Source: an uncultured bacterium
Lineage (GTDB): Bacteria; CSSED10-310; CAZUFC01
Assembly: GCA_964619725.1 (NCBI GenBank)
Contig: CAZUFC010000031.1
Span: 1,414 to 65,413, forward strand
Direction: 5' to 3'
DNA length: 64,000 nucleotides
Shown: one piece after another, positions 30,983 to 41,300 of the stretch
Position numbering within the stretch: the first letter of the stretch is position 1
Layout of the letters: every line of letters starts with the position of its first letter
Translations under genes and position numbers: made by a program
Notes under the pieces: model-generated
Seen by the model: only the letters and a program-made list of their open reading frames with translations
Databases searched by the model: none
What the model was told of the DNA's origin: nothing

Positions 30983-32935
30983 TCAGTTCACGTAACCCAA
31001 AGCCTCCAATTGCTTGTTTATCTGAGGCGTTAGAATCCCTTCTTCCACTTTACGATTTGCTGCTGTTCGATAAACTTTTTTCTGCCACTCCCTTAGCTTA
31101 CGGTCCAGTTTTTCTGCCGCTGATTTTTCTCTGTAAATCAGATTGACTTTTTCTTCCGGGTCTTTGGCCAGATCGTACAATTCGCGTTTTATGACCCTGC
31201 AGCGGTATTTATTAATGAAATCGTCCGAAGTCCAGAAAGTTGCCAGGTTTTCAACGGCGGCATCGAAGAGAATCCATCTTTCGTCAACGTCATGAACCAG
31301 TTTATACTGACTGTTGGTTACGGAATGCGTCTGGTATCCGTTCCGGTATGAACCTATGCTGTAATGACAGGAGCGCATTTCATATTCCCCGTTCCCGCTG
31401 AGAAAAGGTGCGAAGCTTTGCCCCTGTAATTCCGAGCTCTGCTTTATATTTAAAATGTCGCATATCGTCGGCACAGCATCGACTAAACTTACCGGTCTGT
31501 CGATTCTTTGTTCTCCGGGCGCTTCCGGATGTACCCAAATAAGAGGAACTCTGACCGTCGGTTCATAACAGTGATCACCGTGAGCGAAATAATATTCATG
31601 TTCTCCCATACTTTCGCCATGGTCTGAGGTAAAAACGACGACAGAATTAACCCATAAGCGATGCTCGTTCAGGGCTGTGAACAAATCGCCCAAACTGTCG
31701 TCGACGTGTTTTATTTCGGCATCGTATTGCGCAACATAATAGTCGATATCCTGCGAATCGTCAATCAGAGCGGTTTTGATTATGCTGCCCTGGGGGTCTG
31801 AGCCTATGGGAATTTTTCTTGAACCGTGAATGTCTGAATAAGGATCGCTTGTGTAGAGGCTCTTGTATTCCGGGGGCACGATATAGGGCGTGTGAGGGTC
31901 CATGTAGTGAATCCAGAGAAAAAACCTTCTATCCTTTATTTTTTTCAATAACTTAAACACTTCCCTGTTGACCAGGCGGGACTCTTCAACCTCATCTTCC
32001 GGTATTCTGTTCCCCGCCATTTTAAAATAATCGAAACCCTGGTGAAAATTGAAATTCGGTCCTATTACCGTATTCGCAACTACAGCAGCCGTGTAGTAAC
32101 CTTCCGTCGACAGTTTTTCCGCCAGCGTTTCGTTGAAATGCTGCAAACGGTCGCCGTTATTGAAGACCTGATGACCGGGGGGATACTTTCCCGTCAGCAG
32201 CGTCGCAACGCTCGGCGAAGTATTGCTTCTCTGCGCAATGCATCTCTCGAATAATATTCCCCTTTCCGCCAGACGCTGCATATTGGGAGAGGTCTCTCTG
32301 ACATACCCGTACGGGACGGTATGGTCTGCCCTCAGGGTATCGACGGTAATCAGTATCATATTATAATCATGGTTTTTAAACGTATTTTCAGTCTCCTGAA
32401 TCGTAGAAGAAACAAGTGCGTCGGGCCTGGCTGCAGACGCAGCGTTCAAGCGCACGGCATATAAAGCCGGTCCTGAAAAAGCGACGACTGAGAACAATGG
32501 TATTGCATAGCGGGAATTAACTATCCGGGTTCGGGATAAAAAATAAGCCGCTGCCGTAAATATGACGCTCAAAAACACTGCGCCGGCGGCCGTTATCTTT
32601 ACCGACAAAGCCGGTTCCTCCGTCCACGAACATAATAATGAAACCTGATAAAAACGGAAGAACAGTATGATAAACCAGCCTGTACCTATTCCTGCAGACA
32701 GCGCCGTTCTGGATTCCTTCCATATTGATGCCGCAACGGTTCCGGCAATGCCCGGCAATAAAACATATACAATGCCGCAAACCGCAGCATAGAACAAAAG
32801 AAACCGCCCCTGGTCCGGAAACGGCAGATCATTGTAAAACATACCGACGACAGCGGCCTCAACCATACTTGCCGAAAAACCCATAGCGACTGCAATATTA
32901 AACGTATATGCCGGCCGGTTTTTCCAGTTCTTCAT
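30983..32935 (-). CDS. Membrane-anchored sulfatase-like (alkaline phosphatase superfamily) hydrolase/transferase
   Basis: About 5 N-terminal TM helices; LITVDTLRADH, NTSPSVATLLTG, HYMDPHTPY, TSDHGE, ELYDL, LEALGY. Start is probably 32935 (track 33076). Confidence 0.88.
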   Translation of the reverse strand: MKNWKNRPAYTFNIAVAMGFSASMVEAAVVGMFYNDLPFPDQGRFLLFYAAVCGIVYVLLPGIAGTVAASIWKESRTALSAGIGTGWFIILFFRFYQVSLLCSWTEEPALSVKITAAGAVFLSVIFTAAAYFLSRTRIVNSRYAIPLFSVVAFSGPALYAVRLNAASAARPDALVSSTIQETENTFKNHDYNMILITVDTLRADHTVPYGYVRETSPNMQRLAERGILFERCIAQRSNTSPSVATLLTGKYPPGHQVFNNGDRLQHFNETLAEKLSTEGYYTAAVVANTVIGPNFNFHQGFDYFKMAGNRIPEDEVEESRLVNREVFKLLKKIKDRRFFLWIHYMDPHTPYIVPPEYKSLYTSDPYSDIHGSRKIPIGSDPQGSIIKTALIDDSQDIDYYVAQYDAEIKHVDDSLGDLFTALNEHRLWVNSVVVFTSDHGESMGEHEYYFAHGDHCYEPTVRVPLIWVHPEAPGEQRIDRPVSLVDAVPTICDILNIKQSSELQGQSFAPFLSGNGEYEMRSCHYSIGSYRNGYQTHSVTNSQYKLVHDVDERWILFDAAVENLATFWTSDDFINKYRCRVIKRELYDLAKDPEEKVNLIYREKSAAEKLDRKLREWQKKVYRTAANRKVEEGILTPQINKQLEALGYVN

Positions 32936-33258
32936 GCCTTGCGAATCTCCATTTTTAGCGTAAAAATGAGCCATACGACTTCGTGAGAACAGAAAGCGCA
33001 ATGGTCTCCGATGTTTTTTCGGATTCATCAATGCCTCCCAAAGCGATAAAAATATGTAATTTTCATGAAAAAACAAGAACCCCTGGTTCCTTGAACCGAC
33101 AGACGTTCAAGGCCTGAATCAATGATAAAAAAGCATGCCGGTAATGTCAATCCTGAAATAATACTCGCTTTTTTCCCGTTTTTATTTTAATATCAGGCGC
33201 TGTTCCGGGCATTGCGCCTGTTTACCCGGAAATCCCGTGAATTAACCTTACAGGAGGT

Positions 33259-34755
33259 ATGATGAAGAGAAGATGCAGCGGCATATTGCAGCACATATCC
33301 TCGCTCCCGTCGCCCTTCGGAATCGGCGATTTAGGACGTGGAGCTTATCGTTTTGCGGATTTTTTGTATGAAACGAACCAGAGCGTCTGGCAGGTCCTGC
33401 CGCTGACGCCGACGGAGGGCTTTTATCATCACAGCCCTTACCACAGCACCTCTTCTCTGGCTTGCAATACTCTTTTCATCAGTCCGGAGTTATTGTCACA
33501 GGAGGGATTGCTTTCGCAGTCCGACCTGGAAACGGCGGGCGAAGATCATCCGGAAAAGACGAACTATGCCGGAGTCGTTGATGTGAAAACGAGGATGTTT
33601 GACCGCGCTTATCACGAATTCAAAAAGATATCCGATGCCCGGTTTGAAGCGTTCAACGAAGACAATGCGGAATGGTTGGACGATTACGCCTTATTCTGTT
33701 CATTGAAGAAGCATTTCGGAGGCAAAGCCTGGTTTGATTGGCCCGGTGATATCCGCAACAGGGATCAAGCCGCTTTGAACTCATACCGGAAGAAACTTTC
33801 AGACGAGATCGGCAGAGAAAAATTCCTTCAGTATATGTTCTGGAAACAGTGGAAAAATTTAAAAACCTATTGCAACGAAAAAGGCATTCATATAATCGGA
33901 GATTTACCGATCTACGTGGACCATGACAGCGTAGACGTATGGACAGAACCTCAATTTTTCAAATTGGATGAAAATAAACATCCTTATGTTGTATCAGGAG
34001 TGCCCCCGGATTATTTCAGCTCCACCGGACAACTCTGGGGCAATCCCGTATATGATTGGGAGAGCCTCAGGAAGGACGATTACGGATGGTGGGTGAAACG
34101 CATGAAGCGCAATCTGGCTCTCTGCGACTTTGTTCGGATCGATCATTTTCGCGGTCTCGTCGCCTACTGGGAAGTTCCCGCAGGCGAACAGACCGCTGTT
34201 AACGGTAAATGGATCAAAGCGCCGGTTTACGATTTTTTCAACCGCCTGATGAAGGTCTTTCCCAATATGCCGGTTATTGCAGAGGACCTGGGCACCATAA
34301 CGCCCGACGTGAAACTCGTCATGAGACATTTTGAGCTGCCCGGCATGAAAGTCCTTCTCTTCGCATTCGGCGCGGATGATCCTCATCACCCCTATCTGCC
34401 CCACAACTATAAAGAAAACTTCGTCGTTTATACCGGCACTCACGACAACAATACCATTAAAGGTTGGTATGACAACGAAGCAGGCGATCAGGAAAAAAAG
34501 CGCCTGCTTGATTACATCGGATGTCATTTCGATCGGAAACAGCTTCACTGGGAACTAATACGCCTGGCCATGCGTTCAGTAGCGCACACTGCCGTCTTTC
34601 CCCTGCAGGATGTTCTCGGCCTTGGTCAGGAATGCAGAATGAACAAGCCCGGCACCGCGGACGATAACTGGATATGGCGCATGAAAAAGGATGCCGTCAC
34701 CCCCGAAGCAAAAGAACGTCTCAGGGAAATGACCTGGAAATATGGTCGTGCCTGA
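33259..34755 (+). CDS. malQ: 4-alpha-glucanotransferase (amylomaltase, GH77)
   Basis: SGILQHISSLPS, WQVLPL, GVPPDYFSSTGQLWGNP, RIDHFRG, IAEDLG, YTGTHDNNT. Confidence 0.97.
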   Translation: MMKRRCSGILQHISSLPSPFGIGDLGRGAYRFADFLYETNQSVWQVLPLTPTEGFYHHSPYHSTSSLACNTLFISPELLSQEGLLSQSDLETAGEDHPEKTNYAGVVDVKTRMFDRAYHEFKKISDARFEAFNEDNAEWLDDYALFCSLKKHFGGKAWFDWPGDIRNRDQAALNSYRKKLSDEIGREKFLQYMFWKQWKNLKTYCNEKGIHIIGDLPIYVDHDSVDVWTEPQFFKLDENKHPYVVSGVPPDYFSSTGQLWGNPVYDWESLRKDDYGWWVKRMKRNLALCDFVRIDHFRGLVAYWEVPAGEQTAVNGKWIKAPVYDFFNRLMKVFPNMPVIAEDLGTITPDVKLVMRHFELPGMKVLLFAFGADDPHHPYLPHNYKENFVVYTGTHDNNTIKGWYDNEAGDQEKKRLLDYIGCHFDRKQLHWELIRLAMRSVAHTAVFPLQDVLGLGQECRMNKPGTADDNWIWRMKKDAVTPEAKERLREMTWKYGRA

Positions 34756-34875
34756 GGCATCATTCCTTAAGGGTTAAACACATCAGTCTCCATCAAAGGA
34801 TACCGTGCCGGCATTCAGTCGCTGCTTTTTCTATACCGAATCTCCGATTGCCACGCCGATAATGAAAATTTCGGT

Positions 34876-35245
34876 ATTGATCAAAAAATAGTGGTTTAAG
34901 GTTACAATTCGAAAGAATACCTCATCATTTTGTTTCGATCCCGATTGCGATTGCGATACCGACCCCGATTACTGATGAGAGTATTTGACGAGTTCAAGCC
35001 TGTATTGAATTTATGAATTATTTATCCTTGCCCTTTTAATTCATTTATCCGCAATTCTAAATCGGTATCGGGGTCGGTATCGGTATCGGGGTCGGTATCG
35101 GTATCGGGGTCGAAAAATTATAAACGTTGTATTTGATTACCACCCCGGCAGATTGCTTCACCTTCAGCTATCAACAGCCTGTTTTTCGCCGAAATTTATT
35201 GATTTTTGTCTCGATTGCGATTGCGACCCCGACCCCGATTACTGA
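34876..35245. repeat. Dispersed intergenic element copy C (core plus 6 hexamers), followed by an inverted 9-hexamer array (35059-35112) and a 5-hexamer array (35212-35241)
   Basis: ATTGATCAAAAAATAG...TAAGGTTACAATTCGAAAGAATACCTCATCATTTTGTTTCGAT; arrays in +,-,+ orientation. Confidence 0.85.
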
Positions 35246-35383
35246 AACAAACTGTAAAAAGTTATGGAAGAGGTGTAACCCCGGTTCGATCTGTCCCCAA
35301 ATTTCTATACACATATTGAAAAATAATGCCTGAAATTTACATATTGGACGGGAACCGTCAGAAGACTACTCGATGGTAAAGTC

Positions 35384-36112
35384 TCACCGCTCGCTTGTAT
35401 ACGTGGCCTCTATTTCTTTATGACCTTCATTGAACATGACGTATTCCGACCACCAATTTTCGCCGGGCCGCCACGTCTGCCTTATTTTCAACTGTTCCTC
35501 TCCTGACTTTTCAAGCACAGCCTCCACGGTTTGCTCTTCATCACGACCTTCGCCTCTGCTCAAGATAAGGTCGAAACCGTTTTCCGCGCTTTTTCGTTGA
35601 ACCCTATCCGCTTCAATAGCAGGCAGTATTTCAACGGGAAAACCGTAAGGCGGATTAACGATGAGGGAGACATCATCCCAGTGCATTACCGATGGATTGC
35701 CCAGATTCTGACCGGCTGTCCTCTGAATTTCCAGGATTGTTCCGGTTTCTTCTGATACCAGCACGCTCCAGCGTTGCTCACGTACCCCTGCCGGAGCTTC
35801 CTGACCCGGTTCGAATGTTATTCTCCGGCACTGCTTATTATTCACTGTTTCGACATCGCCGGCCGAAACGGTCATTTCGTAGGAAGCCAGAATACGCGGT
35901 TCGTGTTTTGATGCTTCTGCAGCTTTCTCATGAAAATCTATAACCCAGTCTCTGGAATATAAATCGACGGCCAGGGTCCACGAATCGCCTTCATTCCAAT
36001 TTCTGTATTCCAATGCAGCGCTGCCGGCGTTCGTTTTCAGATTATCCGCAGCCTGTCCGAACAGGACGGCTGGATTCATCAACATTACCATTATTATAAT
36101 CAATTTTTTCAT
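35384..36112 (-). CDS. Secreted hypothetical beta-rich protein
   Basis: Signal peptide MKKLIIIMVMLMNPAVLFG; AGGGGG RBS; immediately follows the upstream gene (track start 36130). Confidence 0.75.
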   Translation of the reverse strand: MKKLIIIMVMLMNPAVLFGQAADNLKTNAGSAALEYRNWNEGDSWTLAVDLYSRDWVIDFHEKAAEASKHEPRILASYEMTVSAGDVETVNNKQCRRITFEPGQEAPAGVREQRWSVLVSEETGTILEIQRTAGQNLGNPSVMHWDDVSLIVNPPYGFPVEILPAIEADRVQRKSAENGFDLILSRGEGRDEEQTVEAVLEKSGEEQLKIRQTWRPGENWWSEYVMFNEGHKEIEATYTSER

Positions 36113-36129
36113 CAGATGTTCCCCCTGCA

Positions 36130-37665
36130 TTAATTAGCCGTATCGATGGAACGGACGTTGCCTTCGGTGACATGAGGGTTATTGCCTCCCCAATTGGCAT
36201 CCGTCACTCGCAACATGTTCGAAGGAGCGAAATTGGCATGTCCTGCAACGCTTATCCAGTCGTTCTCGCTGGAGCTTTGACTCACTTCGCCGTTCGACTG
36301 ATATTCAACGATGTAGGTATATGTCATTGACCGGTCGTCCGTGTCGTCTGTGGGCGGCGTATGGTCCTGGTTGGCGTCCACGTCGTTTTCAATGCGGACG
36401 ATTTTTTCATCGTCGCCGGGCGCTTCCTCATACTGAGCTTCAAATCGCCAGACGGCGTGGTTCCAGACTTCGCCGGGGTCGGAACCTTCGCTGCGGAGGT
36501 TGGACTGCAGAGAGACCTGCGACCCCTTTATATATTGTTCGAGCATGCGATGGAAATTTCCGACATACGAATCCGTCGAATCGCTGCCGGAAGTGGGCGG
36601 TCCTGCGGGGCATCCCCCCATATAATCGGGAACGGTGTAAATGCCGGTGGTTTCACCCATCTCAGCCCACAGCCCTTCCAGTTCATCGTTGTTCATTCCC
36701 GAACTGCCGGTGGGCGAAGGCTGGTCCAGCAGAACGGATGCCATGGCTCCGCCCAGGCAGTGACCTTCCCAGCCGTATAGACCCTGGCCGTTTTGAGCCT
36801 CCCAGTCTCTCGCAGTTGTCCCGAAAACAGCGTCATACTTGGACAGCGGACCGGGCACGTCAAACAAGTTAATCATGGTATGGCTGCGATCGTCGCCTCC
36901 CGGAACGGATTGCATTATGCCGTCATTACCGCAGCGGATGATGTCGCCGCCGCCGGCCGGACTTCCGGGAGGAACCACCTGAACGTCGTCCCCCGCCGCC
37001 GTCGTATCCGCAACTCCGTTGCCCCCGTCGTTGATGTAGTCCCCTTTCGTCGCCCACCAGTAAAAATTGAACGGCCGGGGAGACGCCGAACCCTCCTGCT
37101 TGAATTCGCTGGAAATCGACACCAGACTCTCTGAGGGCGTTTTTATATAATACCACCCCGGCTTATTCTCCGGCACCGTATACTGACAGGGCGATCCCGA
37201 TGCCACTATGTTGGAATCGTAATCTCCCTTGAATATCGACTTCACTTTGTTTCTGTCCAAATCCGATCCGTCCGAATAGAATAACTGCAAGGAACTGCCG
37301 CTCAACTTCAACTCGCCGCCCCATTTCGTCGGTACATAAACCTTGCCGATCACATACTTCGACAAACTCGCGCTCTTGCCTAACGGCACCTTCTTCGTGT
37401 CAATCAATGCCGCATCAATCTCTTTGCTCGTCGCCAGAAAATCCGCCACAAGCGCCGGCCCTTCATCACCGGGCGCCCCTTCAAAACTCCTGCTTTCATT
37501 TTCCTCCCCAATAGAAAATTCCCTCGACTCCTCAAATAAATTCTCCGCATGCCTTAGCGAATCCTCGTATCTCTGCTCGACCGCACATGCTCCACTAAGC
37601 ATAAATTGATTCATGAATCCGAAAACTATAAAAACCGCCATTCCTTCAATTAACATTTTCCGCAT
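36130..37665 (-). CDS. Secreted transglutaminase-elicitor (GP42-like) family cysteine enzyme
   Basis: Signal peptide; ordered motifs PFNFYWW, GPLSKYD, WEGHCLGGAMASVLLDQP, ELEGLWAE, NFHRML, EVWNHAVW. Confidence 0.7.
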   Translation of the reverse strand: MRKMLIEGMAVFIVFGFMNQFMLSGACAVEQRYEDSLRHAENLFEESREFSIGEENESRSFEGAPGDEGPALVADFLATSKEIDAALIDTKKVPLGKSASLSKYVIGKVYVPTKWGGELKLSGSSLQLFYSDGSDLDRNKVKSIFKGDYDSNIVASGSPCQYTVPENKPGWYYIKTPSESLVSISSEFKQEGSASPRPFNFYWWATKGDYINDGGNGVADTTAAGDDVQVVPPGSPAGGGDIIRCGNDGIMQSVPGGDDRSHTMINLFDVPGPLSKYDAVFGTTARDWEAQNGQGLYGWEGHCLGGAMASVLLDQPSPTGSSGMNNDELEGLWAEMGETTGIYTVPDYMGGCPAGPPTSGSDSTDSYVGNFHRMLEQYIKGSQVSLQSNLRSEGSDPGEVWNHAVWRFEAQYEEAPGDDEKIVRIENDVDANQDHTPPTDDTDDRSMTYTYIVEYQSNGEVSQSSSENDWISVAGHANFAPSNMLRVTDANWGGNNPHVTEGNVRSIDTAN

Positions 37666-37984
37666 AATTTTTTTCTCCTCTTCCGGAACGGGTTGTCGCT
37701 TGTCGATATTATTACACGAGTTAAATTCATCAAGTCAACCCTAATCAGCGCCTGTCCGCAAAATCTTTCAGCAAATAAAATGTAATGCGGGAAATGATTT
37801 GTGCGTTACTGAACGAAAGATGATCCTGGCCGGAATCTTGTCAGCCGACTCATTCGTCCTTTGCCGCCCAAAACCGAATGGCTGTGATGATCGTATGAAA
37901 AAGCGAATCGACTTTAAAACCTATTGAGCGGAAAAGAATTTAATCATTTGAAAAAAATTAAAACAAAAAGTTTACATCTTTATC

Positions 37985-38014
37985 TTGACAAACTGATCGC
38001 TAACAAGCTAATTT
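37985..38014 (+). promoter_or_regulatory. Putative sigma70 promoter of the giant-protein operon
   Basis: Perfect TTGACA-18 nt-TAATTT, with an AT-rich UP-like region upstream. Confidence 0.45.
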
Positions 38015-38332
38015 CCTTTGTAGTGATTAAACCAAGATGAATCAAGGGAAGGACTTTTGAATTAATTTTATTGCTGCAGGAAACGACAGGCATCTTTTTG
38101 ATCCAGAGGTGATGGTCCTTCAAACGTTCAAAGGTTTTTGACGAACGCTTTTCATAGCGAACTCAGCGAATTTTGAAGGAGGAAGAAATTCGTTGTCTGG
38201 CAAACCAGCGATCAATAGATTTATTTCATTAAATTTTTCCCTCTCGCCGGAAGTCCATTTCAACAAAATGCAAAAAGGGGACTGAGAATTTTCAGCAGGG
38301 ACTTTCTGTTGCAGAGCATAAGGAGATAAGGG

Positions 38333-41300
38333 ATGAAGAAGTCGGGAATTATTGTGTGTTTATTATTGACGATATCCATTATTTTTCTGACGGGTTATGC
38401 GGTCGTCGGACAGGGATTGAGCGAAAAAGCAAAGCATATTAAAAAAACAACAGTGTGCGCGGAATTATGTCCGTTGGGCTCTAAAAATATTGAGACAAAG
38501 AAGGGCGCCGGACCTGACAAGGGCAATCAGTGGGAACAGGAGGAGACGTCCGGGTCCATTCCGGTGTATCGTCACGCAGGTGCGGCATATGACGGCAAGC
38601 AGTATTATTTCAATGGATTGGACAAGGACAATGCATTGATGAATCTGACTCAGAGTTATGACCCTGCAATCAGTTCGTGGGATACGGGATTGGCGGCATC
38701 GCCGACTGCAGTTTATGGAGCTTGTGCGTTTGAAATTAATGGACAGATATATTTAATCGGCGGTTTCACGAGCACGAGCGGCGACTGGGCGGCTACTGAT
38801 GCGGTTCAGATATATGATCCTTTGGGCGACTCCTGGAGTTCAGGCGCTTCCATGCCCGTAGTACGGGGCGGCATATCGGGCGGAAAGGCCGGCGGCAAGA
38901 TTTACATCGCAGGCGGCAGCGGTTCAGTCTCCTATCCGACGGATACGCCGACGTATGAGTATGATCCTTTGACCGACACCTGGACGGTGATGACGGCCTG
39001 TCCCAGGGGAAGCACGGGGCTCTTTTTCGGAGGCGGAACAGGATTGGGCGACAAGGTTTATGCAGGCGGCGATTATCGGGGTTATAATACCTTTTATGAA
39101 TTTGATCCGTCGCAGAACACCTGGAACAATTTGTCGGCATTTCCCGCGGACCTGGGGAAACATTCTCCCTGCCTCGTTGCATCAGAAACGGAGAACGTCT
39201 TATACGCATTCGGCGGCTCATTTTCTTACTGGGGCGCTTTTTCGGATAAGACGTACACTTATAATCCTTCAGAGGACACCTGGAATTCGTTCAAATTTGA
39301 CCTGAAAGACGGCTGCTGCGGTCATGCCGGCAGTTTATCGGGAAACAAATTGTATACATTCAGCGGAGCTCAAGGTTTTTACGCGTTGTTGCCTCCGCCG
39401 CATGAATCGATTCAGATTCTGTTTGAGGGATTGAATATATTTCCTGCATTGAGCCGTTCCGGGGCTTTTCCCGGAGAAACCGCTTCGCATACGATAGAGA
39501 TCATCAATGAAACGGGAGCGGACGACAGTTTTGATTTGACTTATGCGGGTAATGCCTGGGTAGTAGAGGGGCCGGACAATACGGGACTGATAGCCGACGG
39601 CGCTAAGTTGGAAATCGAGATATCTGTATCGGCGCCGGCTTCGGCTCTGCCCTTTTCAGACAGCGATTCAGCAACCATAACTGCGGCAGGAGTCGGTGAC
39701 CCATCCAAGACTGATACTGGCGAGTTGGAGACGTGGACGGCGCCGATGTGGCGGATGAAGCCGCCGATGGTTGAACCGGGTCGTTATCGTGCGGCATCGG
39801 CTGCCTGGGGAGATTCAATGTATCTCTTAGGAGGATTTGATGAAAACGGTTGGGAAATAAGTGACGTAGACCGTTACGATTATTTAAGCGAGACCTGGAC
39901 TGAATTGCCTCCGATGAGTAATGCCCGCGCCAATTTCGATGCGGCAGCGTTGAACGGCCGAATCTGGATCGCGGGCGGTCAGTACAACTGGAGTTATCAG
40001 AACAGGTTTGAATATTATGACATAGCGACCGATTCCTGGAATACGCAACCTTCCAACATGCCATATGCCGCTTCGGGTCTCGGTATGGGCGCCTTCGGCA
40101 CAAAGATTTACGTCATTGGAGGCGAAACCGATGCAGGGGAATCAGCGAGTTTATTCGAGTATGATATAAATTCCGACACGTGGACTCAATTGTCTGACAT
40201 GCCGGGGGGACCTCGGTCATATATTGCGGCGACGACGGTAGGCGACAAATTGTATGTCGTCGGCGGATGGGATGCGATGACGAGGGCAGAGGCGTATGAC
40301 ATTTCAAGTTCGACATGGGAGTCCTTACCCGGTATGCACGTGGGGCGGCAATCTCCGGGATTAAGTTCCAAAAACGATGATCTTTTGATCGTATTCGGCG
40401 GAGGCGACGGTTGGACGCCGCTGGGCGATACCGAATATTACGATATTGACGCAGCGACATGGACTCATATGGAAATGAGCGAAATGCGTGCGGGCAGGAT
40501 CAGTCCCAGCGATTGTCATATCGGGGATGCTATTTATGCTGCGGGAGGTTCGATAGGTGATGACGGAACGCGAATGTTCGAAATATTGCCCATAGGTTCT
40601 GACGATACGCCGACGCCGACGGCCACGACCGAACCCTGGATAACCCCCAGCATAACGCCGACTCCTTTCGCATCGCCCACACCCGAAGCGACATTCACTC
40701 CGTTTTCACAAACAGTCTTGCTGGTTGATCAGGACGATGACAGTCCAGATGTCGAAATTTATTATACAGAGACCCTCGATTATCTTGGCGTAAGTTACGA
40801 CGAGTGGGATGTAGACCTTCAGAGCAATCCTTCTTTGAACGATTTGCTGCCTTATCCCATAGTCATATGGTTTAGCGGGGACCAGTATTGGGGTCCTAAT
40901 TCCGATAATGAAACCGTTTTGTCACAATACCTGGACAGCGGCGGCAATTTATTCCTGGTCAGTGAAGATTACCTTTACAGTTCAGGATTGACCTCGTTCA
41001 TTTCCGATTATCTCCACGTTGCAGACTATGAAGATGATGTGGTAGAGATGGATGTGGTCGGAGCCGACGGCGACGTCATCGGAAACGGTCTGGGGCCTTA
41101 TTATTTGGAATCGCCGTCGGGATTCAGCACTATATGGGACGATTATATTTATCCTGATGCCGATCCGGGAACATCAGCGCCGTTCCATTACATTTCATCC
41201 GGCATCGATAACTGCGTAAGTTATTCCGGGATTTATAAGTCAGTCTTTTTCGTCTGGCCGATCGAAGCGTTAAGCGAACTGGATGACAGGGCTGATGTGA

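Noticed and set aside
38197-38230. c-di-GMP-I riboswitch suggested by GGCAAACC
   Set aside because: No GAAA-capped stem or downstream GACGCAAA element.
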